A DNA stretch of 64,000 nucleotides from an uncultured Spirochaetaceae bacterium (GCA_944389145.1 CALXLH010000026.1:177-64176); one strand, 5' to 3'. Numbered from the stretch's first letter, positions 35,279 through 45,475 are shown. Notes: generated from the letters alone by a model not told the origin. Numbers and translations are program-made.

Positions 35279-36602
35279 GGCTTTCCTCCACTCTTGCTAT
35301 CAGCTCGCCATCGCTGATCCTTGTCCTTATGATATCCCCGGCATGCATCCCTGATATATGGCGTATCACGCGCCCGTTTCCATCCATCGTGACCGAATAG
35401 CCCCGTGAGAGTATCGAGAGCGGCGAGAGGGCCTGGCATTCGCGTTCTGCCATCGCGAGCCTGGATCTGGCATCCTTCATCCTCCCTGAGAGGATGGCCT
35501 CCGCTTCCTTTCCCATCTTACCGACCTCATCCCTGCCTCTCTCTACCTTATCCCTCATCGCCCTTGCGGCCTCTTCCTCAGTCCATCCCAGCTCAGATAT
35601 CCTCAGAGAGAGGCGCATGTTGAGCGCATGCCCGAGCTCACTGGTCGATGGGATCAGGGCCCGGGCCCTGGAAATGCGGCCTGCTATGAGTCCCTTGAAT
35701 GACTCTGCGCGCCTCAGGCGGGAATCCATGCGCCATACCCTTGTCCTCATCTCAGAGGAGAGCGATGAGAGGATGGCCCTCAGCCTCTCGGCCCTTCTGT
35801 ACGCGCCTTCCGTCACAAGCTCTGCCGCCGCGGATGGGGTAGGGGCTCTCCTGTCTGCAGCAAAGTCCGATATGGGCCAGTCTATCTCATGCCCGACTGC
35901 CGATATGACGGGAATCTCCGATTCATGTATCGCCTCGATCACCGCGCTATCCGAGAATGGCGCCAGATCCTCGGCGCTTCCTCCTCCCCGTCCCACTATA
36001 AGCACATCGGCTGCGGCGAAGGCATTGGCCTGCCGGATACGTGCCGCTATGTCCTCTGCGGCCTCCTCGCCCTGCACCAGGCATGGGAAGATGATTATAT
36101 CGATGCCGGGGGCCCTCCGCTTCGTTATGTTCAGCACATCCCGTATCGCGGCACCGGTGGGGCTGGTGACGACGCCTATCCGCCTTATCTCTTCGGGTAT
36201 GGGCCTCTTCCTGTCCTCATCGAAGTAGCCCAGGCTGCGGTAGTAGTCCTTGCGCTTCTCGATCATCTCAAGAAGCGAGCCTTCTCCCTTTATCCTCATG
36301 GATCTGATGACGAAGGATAGCCGCCCGTTCTTCGCATAGTAGGAGAGCGAGCCCTTCGCGATTACCAGATCCCCGTTCTTCGGTGCTGCCATGGAGTACT
36401 GCGCGCTCCTGAATACTGCGGCATCGAGCGCTGCCTGGCTGTCCTTGAGGGTGAAATACCATTGTCCGGATGATGATGGACGGAACCCCGACACCTCTCC
36501 TTCTATGGTGAGCTCGGAGAAGAATTCGGCGACTGTATCGCGGATGATGGCATTGGCTTCCGTTACCGTGAGCGTCCGTCCTATCGCATCGTATTCGGCC
36601 AT
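35268..36602 (-). CDS. xseA: exodeoxyribonuclease VII large subunit
   Basis: OB-fold N-terminus (GEVSGFRPSSSGQWYFTLKD), catalytic core (GRGGGSAEDL) and a coiled-coil tail. Confidence 0.85.
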   Translation of the reverse strand: MAEYDAIGRTLTVTEANAIIRDTVAEFFSELTIEGEVSGFRPSSSGQWYFTLKDSQAALDAAVFRSAQYSMAAPKNGDLVIAKGSLSYYAKNGRLSFVIRSMRIKGEGSLLEMIEKRKDYYRSLGYFDEDRKRPIPEEIRRIGVVTSPTGAAIRDVLNITKRRAPGIDIIIFPCLVQGEEAAEDIAARIRQANAFAAADVLIVGRGGGSAEDLAPFSDSAVIEAIHESEIPVISAVGHEIDWPISDFAADRRAPTPSAAAELVTEGAYRRAERLRAILSSLSSEMRTRVWRMDSRLRRAESFKGLIAGRISRARALIPSTSELGHALNMRLSLRISELGWTEEEAARAMRDKVERGRDEVGKMGKEAEAILSGRMKDARSRLAMAERECQALSPLSILSRGYSVTMDGNGRVIRHISGMHAGDIIRTRISDGELIARVEESHEL

Positions 36603-36643
36603 GGGCCTATCTTATTCCATCATGGCCTGCATTAACAAGGATG

Positions 36644-36675
36644 AAAGAAAGGCTCCCTGGATATCGGGAGCCTCG
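36644..36675 (-). terminator. Rho-independent terminator downstream of the lipoprotein gene
   Basis: Minus strand reads AGGCTCCC-GATATCCA-GGGAGCCT followed by TTCTTTC. Confidence 0.6.
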
Positions 36676-36693
36676 CGCAGCGATCGTTTCCGG

Positions 36694-37155
36694 TCAGTTC
36701 GAAAGCATGCTCTGCATGGCCGCAGGGTCGAATGCCTTGCCGTTGAGTTCCGCCCTTGATATGACGGTGACGTTCCCGTCGCTGCCTGGCCTTGTCTCGG
36801 CGACGTAGACGATAGACTTCTCATCTCCTATGAGAGGCTTGTACGTCATGTCGATATCATATGAGACCGACTGCTCGCCCCTGAGTATTCCGGAGAGATC
36901 CACATCAATCCTGATATGGCTGTCGCGGGTTACCGTGAAGAGTCCGATCTTGTCTCCTGCACTGTATTCCCCGTCACCGCCGTCCCCCTTCGCGGCATCG
37001 ACGATACCTCCGAATCCTGCCGATGCCAGGACTTCCTGGAGCGCGCCTTCATAGGCATCTGCCTCCTCCTGCGTCGGCGCCGGGAGCGACATTGACTGAC
37101 ATGCCGTCATCAGGATGACGAGCATCACGCTGGCCGTAAGCATCAATTTCTTCAT
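36694..37155 (-). CDS. hypothetical lipoprotein (153 aa)
   Basis: MKKLMLTASVMLVILMTACQS: signal peptide with a relaxed lipobox (LMTAC). Confidence 0.5.
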   Translation of the reverse strand: MKKLMLTASVMLVILMTACQSMSLPAPTQEEADAYEGALQEVLASAGFGGIVDAAKGDGGDGEYSAGDKIGLFTVTRDSHIRIDVDLSGILRGEQSVSYDIDMTYKPLIGDEKSIVYVAETRPGSDGNVTVISRAELNGKAFDPAAMQSMLSN

Positions 37156-37342
37156 GAAAGATCCTCCTTAATCAATGCTGTCCAGATTCTATCACGCCAT
37201 TCCGATCCTTCATCGGCTATATGCCGACTACACAAGAAATCCAGATTTCCCCGGGGCTGGGGCATGGAAAAGGCCTCCCTTTTTCAGGAAGGCCCTTATT
37301 CGTAACAGAAAGGCCGTTTCCGGTTACGGCCTTGAGAAGTTC

Positions 37343-37510
37343 TCACTCCTCCTCGATAGCACCCTGTGGGCAAACGCTTGCGCAGGTTCCGCAGCTGATG
37401 CATGTATCGGGATCGATCTGGTAGATGTCTCCCTCAGAGATTGCTCCGACCGGGCACTCGCCCTGGCAGGTTCCGCAAGCGATGCAGCTGTCAGTGATCT
37501 TGTAAGCCAT
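37343..37510 (-). CDS. fdx: 2 x [4Fe-4S] clostridial-type ferredoxin (55 aa)
   Basis: Below the ORF-track size cut-off. My translation is MAYKITDSCIACGTCQGECPVGAISEGDIYQIDPDTCISCGTCASVCPQGAIEEE. Two CxxCxxCxxxCP motifs. SD AAGGAG lies 6 nt upstream. Confidence 0.85.
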   Translation of the reverse strand: MAYKITDSCIACGTCQGECPVGAISEGDIYQIDPDTCISCGTCASVCPQGAIEEE

Positions 37511-37630
37511 ATCAAACTCCTTTCTGCGTTATGCAGTGTCTTTCTATGAAGAGAATTTACTCTCTAGCGGTGCGACAGTCAACCGCGAAATCCCCGTTTT
37601 TAGCGAAGCAAATGCCAATATCAGAATGAG

Positions 37631-38965
37631 TTAGCATAGGGTAACCTTCTTTATGCGCATCATTATGAGCCCCGTCACGTCAGCGATTATCCATCCGATC
37701 GGGATGCTCATCCAGATGCCTGAGGGGCCGAGCGGCACAGAGAGAAGGTATGCCAGTGCCACGCGCAGCCCGAGGCTTATGATCGTCAGAAGGAGCGAGA
37801 CGGAGGGATAGGAGACGGCACGGAATATGCCATAGAAGAGGAAGAGGTATCCGATGAGGATGTAGAATGCGCCCTCTATGCGCAGGTAGGATGTCCCGAT
37901 GCCGATTATCTCCGTCTCCTCAGGGCTTATGAAGATGGAGAGGAGCAGGTGCGGGATGATGAATACCACCGCCGATATCAAGAGGCCGTAGATCGTGGCG
38001 ATGATGAATGCGGCCTTGAGGCCCTTGCGTATCCTGTCCTTCCTTCCTGCACCGTCATTCTGCGCGACGAACGTGGAGAAGGCGTTTCCGAACTCCTGCA
38101 GCGGCATGTAGGCGATGCTGTCTATCTTCACGCCGGCTGCGAAGGCTGCCATGACGCCGCTTCCGAAGCTGTTTACGACTCCCTGCACCATCAGTATTCC
38201 CAGATTCATTATCGACTGCTGCATGGAGGTAAGGACAGAGAGAGACAGGAGATCCGGAAGCATATGCATGCCATCGGGAACATGGCGGGGACGGAAGCGC
38301 AGCAGCGGCGAGCGTATGAGGGCGTATAGCGTTATGCCTGCAGCCGCGGCGTATTGTGATATGACTGTGGCGATTGCGGCTCCATCGACGCCCAGTTTCA
38401 GGGGTATCACGAAGATGAGGTCGAGGATGATGTTCATTACCGAGGATAGCGCCATCATCATCAGCGCCGCGCCTGAGTTTCCTACCGCGCGCTCGGCCGA
38501 TGCATAGAAGTTGTATAGGAATAGGGCGGGAAGGCCTGCCAGGATGATCCTCATGTAGCTGTCCATCATTCCCGTAAGCTCATCTGGAACGGAGAGCAGG
38601 CGTATGATCGTGGGCAGGAGGATGGCTGCGGCTATGGTTATCATCATCGATATCACGCCGATGAGGACGAAGGCGATCGCGATCGATGCCTTCAATCCTT
38701 CCTTCTCACCCCGTCCATAGAGCCGTGAGAACGCTACGGAGGCTCCCATCGAGAGCCCGATCATCAGCGATGTCAGGAATGTCATCAATGAGTACGCGGA
38801 GCCTACGGCTGCCAGCGCGTCCGGCCCCACGAAGCGGCCGACTATCACGGAATCGGCTGCGTTATATAGCGTCTGGAGCATGTTTCCTGCGATGAGAGGC
38901 ATGGCGAAGGAGAGTATAGGCGCCACGATCCCGCCCTTCGTCAGGTCACGTTGTCCGTCATTCAT
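37631..38965 (-). CDS. MATE-family efflux transporter
   Basis: 12-TM profile, 444 aa, with an N-terminal ...PLIAGNMLQTLYNAADSVIVGRFVG... MATE signature. Confidence 0.85.
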   Translation of the reverse strand: MNDGQRDLTKGGIVAPILSFAMPLIAGNMLQTLYNAADSVIVGRFVGPDALAAVGSAYSLMTFLTSLMIGLSMGASVAFSRLYGRGEKEGLKASIAIAFVLIGVISMMITIAAAILLPTIIRLLSVPDELTGMMDSYMRIILAGLPALFLYNFYASAERAVGNSGAALMMMALSSVMNIILDLIFVIPLKLGVDGAAIATVISQYAAAAGITLYALIRSPLLRFRPRHVPDGMHMLPDLLSLSVLTSMQQSIMNLGILMVQGVVNSFGSGVMAAFAAGVKIDSIAYMPLQEFGNAFSTFVAQNDGAGRKDRIRKGLKAAFIIATIYGLLISAVVFIIPHLLLSIFISPEETEIIGIGTSYLRIEGAFYILIGYLFLFYGIFRAVSYPSVSLLLTIISLGLRVALAYLLSVPLGPSGIWMSIPIGWIIADVTGLIMMRIKKVTLC

Positions 38966-39036
38966 GGCCGTACGTTACCACCTCCTGCCGTTCTTGTGAA
39001 GTTTTCCCTCTTCCGCTTTTCTGCTACCATCGCAGC

Positions 39037-41268
39037 ATGAAGAAACTGGTTATTGCTGAAAAGCCGTCTGTCGGACGTGAGATCGCAAGGAACCTCGCCT
39101 GCCCCATCAAGGAGAAGGGGTACAGCGAAGGTAGCTCATATATCGTTACCTGGGCCCTCGGCCATCTGGTCGAGCTTGCGGAGCCCCAGCACTACTCTGA
39201 GCGTTATAAGAGATGGTCGCTGCAGTCGCTTCCGATGCTTCCCGAGAAGCTTGACGAGGAAGTCATCGAGAGCACTAAGGAGCAGTTCGATGTGATTGCT
39301 TCCCTTCTTAGGCGCGATGACGTGGAGAGCGTGGTCATCGCGACCGATGCCGGGCGCGAGGGTGAGCTTGTCGCCCGCTGGATCCTCAAGGCCGCCGGCT
39401 ACGAGGGCAAGGCCGAAAGGCTCTGGATATCCTCTCAGACGGAGAAGGCTATCAAGGAGGGCTTCCAGTCGCTCCGTCCCGCCTCTGACTATGATAACCT
39501 CTACCATGCCGCCTTCTGCCGCGCCGCAGCTGACTGGTATGTCGGCATGAACGTCACAAGGGCGCTCACATGCTTCTATGACGCCAAGCTCTCCGCAGGG
39601 CGCGTGCAGACACCGACGCTGGCTCTCATGACGGAGAGGGAGGATGAGATCGAGAGCTTCGAGGGAAAGTACTACTATACGGCACGCGCCGACTTCGGGC
39701 TATTCTCCGCATCCTACTATCCTGAGGATAACTCCATCAGGTTCACCGACGATGAGCTTGCCGAGGCCTTCAAGGAGTGGCAGGGAAAGAAGGGCAGGGT
39801 GGTTTCGATGCTGAGCGAGGAGAAGAGCGAGGCAGTGCCTCAGGCCTACGACCTTACCGAGCTTCAGAGGGATGCCAATATCGTGCTTGGATTCTCGGCA
39901 AAGGAGACGCTGGACACGCTGCAGAGGCTCTATGAGGTGCATAAGATCGTCACCTATCCCCGCACCGACTCGAGGTATATAACCGAGGATATCGTGCCGA
40001 CCCTTCCTGAGCGCATCAAGGCGCTTTCCTCGACCATATTCTCCCGCCAGGTCGACGAGTACCTTGCATCCGGCTTCCGTAGCGATAACCCCCGATTCGT
40101 CAACAACGAGCTTGTCTCTGACCATCATGCGATAATCCCCACGGAGGAGCCTGTCCGCATCGAGAAGCTCTCCTCAGACGAGGCGAAGCTCTGGCAGCTC
40201 ATCGCGCTGCGCTTCCTGGAGGTGATCGGCGAGGATTACAGCTACAGGACGACCACATGCGTGATAGACGTTGAGGGCCGCCAGTTCAAGACGCGCCTCT
40301 CGATGCCGGTGCGCAAGGGATACCGCTCAGTCGCTGAGAGCGCCGGCATAAAGAGCGCATCTCCTCTTGCCGATGAGGGCGATAACAGCTTCGGCCTGAT
40401 GAGCATGAAGGAGGGAGCTGAGGTGACGATCGAGGCGATCAAGGTACGCAAGAACGTGACGAATCCCCCTGAGCGCTATACCGACGCCACGCTGCTTTCC
40501 GCGATGGAGCATGCCGGACGCTTCGTGGAGGACGCGGCGCTCAAGGCTAATCTCGGCAACGGCCTCGGCACTCCTGCGACCCGCGCGGACATGATTGAGA
40601 AGCTCGTGCAGAACAGGTATATCGAGAGGGAAGGCAAGTACTTCATCCCCACCGCAAAGGGCCGTGAGGTCGTGCGCCTTGCGCCTGAGGTGCTGCGCTC
40701 TCCCGTCCTCACCGGCGAATGGGAGGGACGCCTTGAGCGCATCAGCCGCGGCAAGGAGGATCCGGATGCCTTCATCAGGGATATCAAGAAGATGGCCGCG
40801 GATCTCGTGAAGGAGGTCGAGAAGAGCGATAAGGTCTTCTCCCCGAAGTTCAAGGATACCAAGCGCTGCCCGTACTGCAACAGCGATATGATGAAGGCCG
40901 TCGATGCCGATGGTTCCGTGCATTATATCTGCCAGAAGCTCTCCTGCCAGTATGAGGAGAAGGAGGTCCGAGTCAAGGTGGATACAGGCGCCCCGTCGGT
41001 GCGCAAGGTCTCCACTGGTCCTGATGGCCGTGCCAAGGTCGTGGTCAACCTCCGCGGCGGCGTGAAGATGCCCAAGGCCGTCTATGAGACGAAGACCGTG
41101 GTAGTCAGGGAGTCGAAGAGGGCATATAAGCGAGACACCCGCCATGACGAGGCCATGCGGCATTCCTCCTCACGCTTCACCTCATCGGATTTCTCCGGCG
41201 GCACGATGGCTGACTTCTTCCGCCTGAGCAAGGAGAGGAACGAAGGGAAGAGCAAGAAGAGAAAGTGA
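39037..41268 (+). CDS. topB: DNA topoisomerase III
   Basis: Toprim KLVIAEKPS, active-site Tyr context TYPRTDSRYI, C-terminal zinc ribbon CPYCNS...C and a basic tail. Confidence 0.85.
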   Translation: MKKLVIAEKPSVGREIARNLACPIKEKGYSEGSSYIVTWALGHLVELAEPQHYSERYKRWSLQSLPMLPEKLDEEVIESTKEQFDVIASLLRRDDVESVVIATDAGREGELVARWILKAAGYEGKAERLWISSQTEKAIKEGFQSLRPASDYDNLYHAAFCRAAADWYVGMNVTRALTCFYDAKLSAGRVQTPTLALMTEREDEIESFEGKYYYTARADFGLFSASYYPEDNSIRFTDDELAEAFKEWQGKKGRVVSMLSEEKSEAVPQAYDLTELQRDANIVLGFSAKETLDTLQRLYEVHKIVTYPRTDSRYITEDIVPTLPERIKALSSTIFSRQVDEYLASGFRSDNPRFVNNELVSDHHAIIPTEEPVRIEKLSSDEAKLWQLIALRFLEVIGEDYSYRTTTCVIDVEGRQFKTRLSMPVRKGYRSVAESAGIKSASPLADEGDNSFGLMSMKEGAEVTIEAIKVRKNVTNPPERYTDATLLSAMEHAGRFVEDAALKANLGNGLGTPATRADMIEKLVQNRYIEREGKYFIPTAKGREVVRLAPEVLRSPVLTGEWEGRLERISRGKEDPDAFIRDIKKMAADLVKEVEKSDKVFSPKFKDTKRCPYCNSDMMKAVDADGSVHYICQKLSCQYEEKEVRVKVDTGAPSVRKVSTGPDGRAKVVVNLRGGVKMPKAVYETKTVVVRESKRAYKRDTRHDEAMRHSSSRFTSSDFSGGTMADFFRLSKERNEGKSKKRK

Positions 41269-41318
41269 TGTTATTATAATAACATTTTGTTATAATCTAG
41301 ACACGCTTGTTATAAATC
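41269..41318 (+). promoter_or_regulatory. AT-rich palindrome plus direct TTGTTATAA repeats upstream of dapB (candidate operator/promoter)
   Basis: 16-bp perfect palindrome TGTTATTATAATAACA (41269-84). TTGTTATAA occurs at 41287-95 and 41307-15 (20-bp phasing). Possible -35 TTGTTA and -10 TATAAA with 18-nt spacing. Confidence 0.45.
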
Positions 41319-41333
41319 TGCTATCTTCTGGCC

Positions 41334-42089
41334 ATGAAGGTAGCAATAGTTGGTTATGGCAGGATGGGACAGATGGTTCACTCGCTGATCGAGGGGAGCG
41401 GGGTGCATGAGGCTGTCGCCATCGTAGACCCCTCGTCATCGTCAGGGCGGGTGACGGCGCTCTCCCTGACCGATGCGGTGCTTTCCCATGCTGATGTAGC
41501 GATAGATTTCTCCGTTCCTTCCGCGGTCCGTTCCAATGCCGCAGCCTATGCGCGAACCGGCACTCCGGCAGTTATCGGTACGACCGGCTGGGGGAGCGAT
41601 CTTTCATCGATGGATGCCTCCCGCGCCCGCATCATCCATTCAGGCAACTTCTCGATAGGCGTGGCGCTCTTCCTTTCGCTTGTTTCGGAGGCTGCGCGCC
41701 TCTTCGATCCGTTCGATCAGTACGATGTCTCGGTAAGCGAGATCCATCACCGCATGAAGGCGGATGCGCCGTCAGGCACCGCGCTTATGATCGCGGACCG
41801 CCTGATCAGGGGACTGGAGAGGAAGGACCACCTCGTCATAGGCAATCCGGATGGCGTCATCGAGGATAGCGGGCTTGAGGTTTCATCGATGCGCGTCGGA
41901 TCTGAGCCTGGCACCCATTCCGTCACGATAGACGGAAGCGCTGACACGATAACCCTGACGCACCGTGCGCGCTCCCGCGAAGGCTTCGCCCGTGGAGCCA
42001 TAAGGGCTGCCGAGTGGCTTCTTCTTCAGGATAACGGCATCTATTCCATGGATGATTTCATCAGCGATATGCTAGGAGGTAGGCAATGA
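41334..42089 (+). CDS. dapB: 4-hydroxy-tetrahydrodipicolinate reductase
   Basis: VAIVGYGRMGQ and EIHHRMKADAPSGTA motifs. Confidence 0.85.
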   Translation: MKVAIVGYGRMGQMVHSLIEGSGVHEAVAIVDPSSSSGRVTALSLTDAVLSHADVAIDFSVPSAVRSNAAAYARTGTPAVIGTTGWGSDLSSMDASRARIIHSGNFSIGVALFLSLVSEAARLFDPFDQYDVSVSEIHHRMKADAPSGTALMIADRLIRGLERKDHLVIGNPDGVIEDSGLEVSSMRVGSEPGTHSVTIDGSADTITLTHRARSREGFARGAIRAAEWLLLQDNGIYSMDDFISDMLGGRQ

Positions 42090-42991
42090 GGAGATTCAGA
42101 GGCGTATATACGGCGCTCATAACGCCGTTCATGGAGATCGGTAACGTCGATTATCATGCGCTTGAGAGGATAATAGAGTTCCAGATAGAGGGCGGCATAG
42201 ATGGCCTGGTGCCCTGCGGTACGACCGGAGAGAGCCCGACGCTGTCCCATGAGGAGCATGACAGGGTCATCGCCAAGACGATACAGTACGCGCGTGGCCG
42301 CGTGCCTGTCATCGCCGGTACGGGGTCAAACGCCACGTCGGAGGCCATCAGGCTCTCTCAGCATGCCGAGGATGCAGGCGTCGATGCGATCCTTCTTGTA
42401 AATCCTTACTATAACAAGCCTACGCAGAAGGGGCTCTTCCTCCATTTCAAGGCCATCGCGGACTCCGTGCATGTGCCGTGCGTGCTTTATAACATCAAGG
42501 GACGCACCGGCGTGAACCTGGAGACCGGGACGCTCCGACGCCTTGAGGAGGAGTGCCCTAACATCGTGGCCGTGAAGGAGGCTTCGGGAGACCTTGATCA
42601 GATGAGCGATGTCATCAGTACGCGGAAGGATGGCTTCTCCGTGCTTTCCGGCGATGACAACCTGGCCCTTGAGCTCATCAGGCGTGGAGGCGATGGCGTC
42701 ATATCCGTCGCTTCCAATCTCTTCCCGCGGCAGATGCACGAGATGATCCATGCAGCGCTTGATGGCAGGATGGATGAGGCTGAGCGCCTCAATGCCTGGT
42801 TCGCGCCGTTCTTCAAGGCCTGCTTCTATGAGACGAATCCGATTCCCATCAAGACGGCGATGGCCCATATGGGCTGGTGCAGCGACATCTTCCGCCTGCC
42901 GCTGACGACGATGGAGAGCGAGGAGAAGAAGGCATCGCTTCTCTCTGTGATCGATGCGATGGATAAGGACATGATGGAGGGTAGGATCTGA
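42086..42991 (+). CDS. dapA: 4-hydroxy-tetrahydrodipicolinate synthase
   Basis: GTTGES, active-site Lys in VAVKEASG. Overlaps the dapB stop. Confidence 0.9.
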   Translation: MRRFRGVYTALITPFMEIGNVDYHALERIIEFQIEGGIDGLVPCGTTGESPTLSHEEHDRVIAKTIQYARGRVPVIAGTGSNATSEAIRLSQHAEDAGVDAILLVNPYYNKPTQKGLFLHFKAIADSVHVPCVLYNIKGRTGVNLETGTLRRLEEECPNIVAVKEASGDLDQMSDVISTRKDGFSVLSGDDNLALELIRRGGDGVISVASNLFPRQMHEMIHAALDGRMDEAERLNAWFAPFFKACFYETNPIPIKTAMAHMGWCSDIFRLPLTTMESEEKKASLLSVIDAMDKDMMEGRI

Positions 42992-44220
42992 TGGCTTCCT
43001 GCAATGAGGACTTCCTGCGCCTTGCTTCCGGCTATCTCTTTCCCGAGGTGGCTAGGAGGACGAGGGCCTGGCAGGAGCGCAATCCCGGAAAGAGCGTGCT
43101 GAGGCTCGGGATAGGCAATACGACGGAGGCGCTTGCCCCTTCAGTGGTGAGCGCAATGAAGGAGAAGCTCGATCTTCTCTCTTCCCGCGATACATACACT
43201 GGCTACGGCGACGAGCAGGGCGATCTGCCTCTGAGGAAGGCGCTGCAGCGCCATTACGGGAGGCTCGGCATCTCCATTGCCCTGGATGAGATCTTCGTCT
43301 CCGATGGCGCGAAGAGCGATGCTGCGAACATCCAGTCGATCTTCAGCCGTTCCTCACGCATAGCTGTCCAGGATCCAGCGTATCCGGTATATGTAGACTC
43401 CAATGTCGCCTCAGGCCACGCTGGGGATTATGATGAGTCGATCATGGGCTACCGTTCGATCGCCTACATGCCTTCCGACGCGGCAAATGGCTTCGTCCCG
43501 GTCCCGCCGGAGGAGAGGGCTGATATCGTCTATCTCTGCTTCCCGAATAACCCTACGGGGGCGGTGGCGACGAAGGAGCAGCTCAAGGCGTTTGTCGACT
43601 GGGCGCTGGAGAGGCGCTCTGTTATCGTCTTTGATGCAGCCTATTCGGATTACATCAGGACGCCAGGCATCCCGCGCTCTATCTACGAGATCGATGGAGC
43701 GGAGCGCTGTGCCATAGAGATAAGCTCCTTCTCGAAGTACGCCGGCTTTACAGGGGTCCGCCTCGGCTGGAGCATAGTCCCCATGGCCCTTGAGTCCGAC
43801 AACGCCCCCACCGGCACGTTCAACAGGCTCTGGAACAGGCGGCAGTGCACCTTCTTCAACGGCGCTTCCAACATCGCGCAGGCTGGCGGCGTGGCAGCTC
43901 TCTCTGATGAAGGCAGGAGAGAGTGCATGGAGCTTGTGGGCTATTACCTTGGCAATGCGGATATCATCAGGAACGGCCTTGAGGGCGCTGGCCTGGCATG
44001 CTATGGCGGCGTGGATAGCCCATATGTCTGGGTACGCTGTCCTGATGGCTTCTCAAGCTGGGAGTACTTCGACTTCCTCCTCGACAAGGCTTCCGTCGTG
44101 GTCACGCCCGGCGCAGGCTTCGGCTCGAGGGGAGAGGGATACGTCCGGGTCTCCGCCTATGGCCACAGGGAGGATATAGAACGGGCTGTCGAGAGCATAA
44201 GGAGGGTATATGGCTGCTAA
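42991..44220 (+). CDS. dapL: LL-diaminopimelate aminotransferase
   Basis: N-terminal NEDFLRLASGYLFPEVARR, PLP-Lys context SFSKYAGFTG, 409 aa, located between dapA and lysA. Confidence 0.8.
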   Translation: MASCNEDFLRLASGYLFPEVARRTRAWQERNPGKSVLRLGIGNTTEALAPSVVSAMKEKLDLLSSRDTYTGYGDEQGDLPLRKALQRHYGRLGISIALDEIFVSDGAKSDAANIQSIFSRSSRIAVQDPAYPVYVDSNVASGHAGDYDESIMGYRSIAYMPSDAANGFVPVPPEERADIVYLCFPNNPTGAVATKEQLKAFVDWALERRSVIVFDAAYSDYIRTPGIPRSIYEIDGAERCAIEISSFSKYAGFTGVRLGWSIVPMALESDNAPTGTFNRLWNRRQCTFFNGASNIAQAGGVAALSDEGRRECMELVGYYLGNADIIRNGLEGAGLACYGGVDSPYVWVRCPDGFSSWEYFDFLLDKASVVVTPGAGFGSRGEGYVRVSAYGHREDIERAVESIRRVYGC

Positions 44221-45475
44221 GGCGCTTCCTCTTCCAGATGCGGAGCTTGAGAGGCTTGCCAGCGTAGTAGGCACGCCTTTCCATATCTATGATGGTCCTG
44301 CCATCGAGCAGAATGCCTGCACCGTGAATTCCTCATTCTCATGGAATGACGGATTCATCAACTACTTCGCGGTAAAGGCGCTTCCTAACGTGAATATCGT
44401 GAGGCTCCTCGCACGTCATGGCTTCGGCGCCGACTGCTCATCGCTTCCGGAGCTTATCATAGCGCGCGATGCAGGGATCCCCGGTGAGAGGATCATGTTC
44501 ACCTCTAATGATACTCCAGATGAGGAGTTCCGTGCCGCCTATGAGCTGGGCGCGATCCTGAATCTCGATGATATAACCCACATAGAGGCTGTCGAGCGTG
44601 CCTGCGGGCGCCTGCCTGAGACGCTGTCCTTCCGCTTCAATCCCGGTCCTGAGCGTACCGGCAACGTCATCATAGGCAATCCTGTGGAGGCGAAGTACGG
44701 CGTGACGCGCAGCCAGCTCTTCGACTGCTACCGCACAGCGAGGGAGAAGGGCGTGAGGCATTTCATGCTCCATACGATGGTAGCCTCCAACGAGCTGGAT
44801 GGCTCTTATATCGTCGAGACGGCAAGGATGCTCTTCTCCCTGGTGAAGGAGCTCCATGACAGCGTGGGCGTGAGGATAGAGCGCATCGACCTCGGTGGCG
44901 GGGTCGGGATCCCATACAGGCCGGAGCAGGAGGCCATCAGCTTCGGCTGGCTGGGTGATGAGATCCACAGGCTCTATGACGAGATGATCGTCGCCGAGGG
45001 CCTTGCCCCGCTTGCCATATCCTTCGAGATGGGACGCGCGATCACAGGACCCTATGGCTGGCTCATCTCCCGCGTGCGCCATGTTACGCATAAGTACAAG
45101 GACTATGTAGGGCTGGATGCCACGATGGCCGATCTGATGAGGCCGGCCCTCTACGGCGCCTACCATCATATGACGGTCATCGGCAAGGAGGATCTGCCGA
45201 AGGACCATGAGTATGATGTCACGGGATCGCTCTGCGAGAACAACGACAAGTTCGCCATCGACCGTCCGCTGCCTCTGATGGAGCGCGGGGATCTTGTAGC
45301 GATACACGATGCAGGGGCCCACGGCCACTCGATGGGATTCAATTATAATGCTAAGCTTAGGCATGCGGAGTACCTTATCGCGGATGGAGGGAAGATCCTC
45401 TGCATAAGGAGGGCCGAGACGATAGAGGATTATCTCTCTACGCAGCTCAGCACTCCGTGGGAGGTCAGCACATGA
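44210..45475 (+). CDS. lysA: diaminopimelate decarboxylase
   Basis: PLP-Lys YFAVKALPN, GGGVGIPY, 421 aa. Confidence 0.85.
   Translation: MAAKALPLPDAELERLASVVGTPFHIYDGPAIEQNACTVNSSFSWNDGFINYFAVKALPNVNIVRLLARHGFGADCSSLPELIIARDAGIPGERIMFTSNDTPDEEFRAAYELGAILNLDDITHIEAVERACGRLPETLSFRFNPGPERTGNVIIGNPVEAKYGVTRSQLFDCYRTAREKGVRHFMLHTMVASNELDGSYIVETARMLFSLVKELHDSVGVRIERIDLGGGVGIPYRPEQEAISFGWLGDEIHRLYDEMIVAEGLAPLAISFEMGRAITGPYGWLISRVRHVTHKYKDYVGLDATMADLMRPALYGAYHHMTVIGKEDLPKDHEYDVTGSLCENNDKFAIDRPLPLMERGDLVAIHDAGAHGHSMGFNYNAKLRHAEYLIADGGKILCIRRAETIEDYLSTQLSTPWEVST

Noticed and set aside
41269-41333. A lysine (L-box) riboswitch upstream of the dap/lys operon.
   Set aside because: The intergenic region is only 65 bp and almost pure A/T. 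It cannot hold the ~180-nt five-helix L-box.
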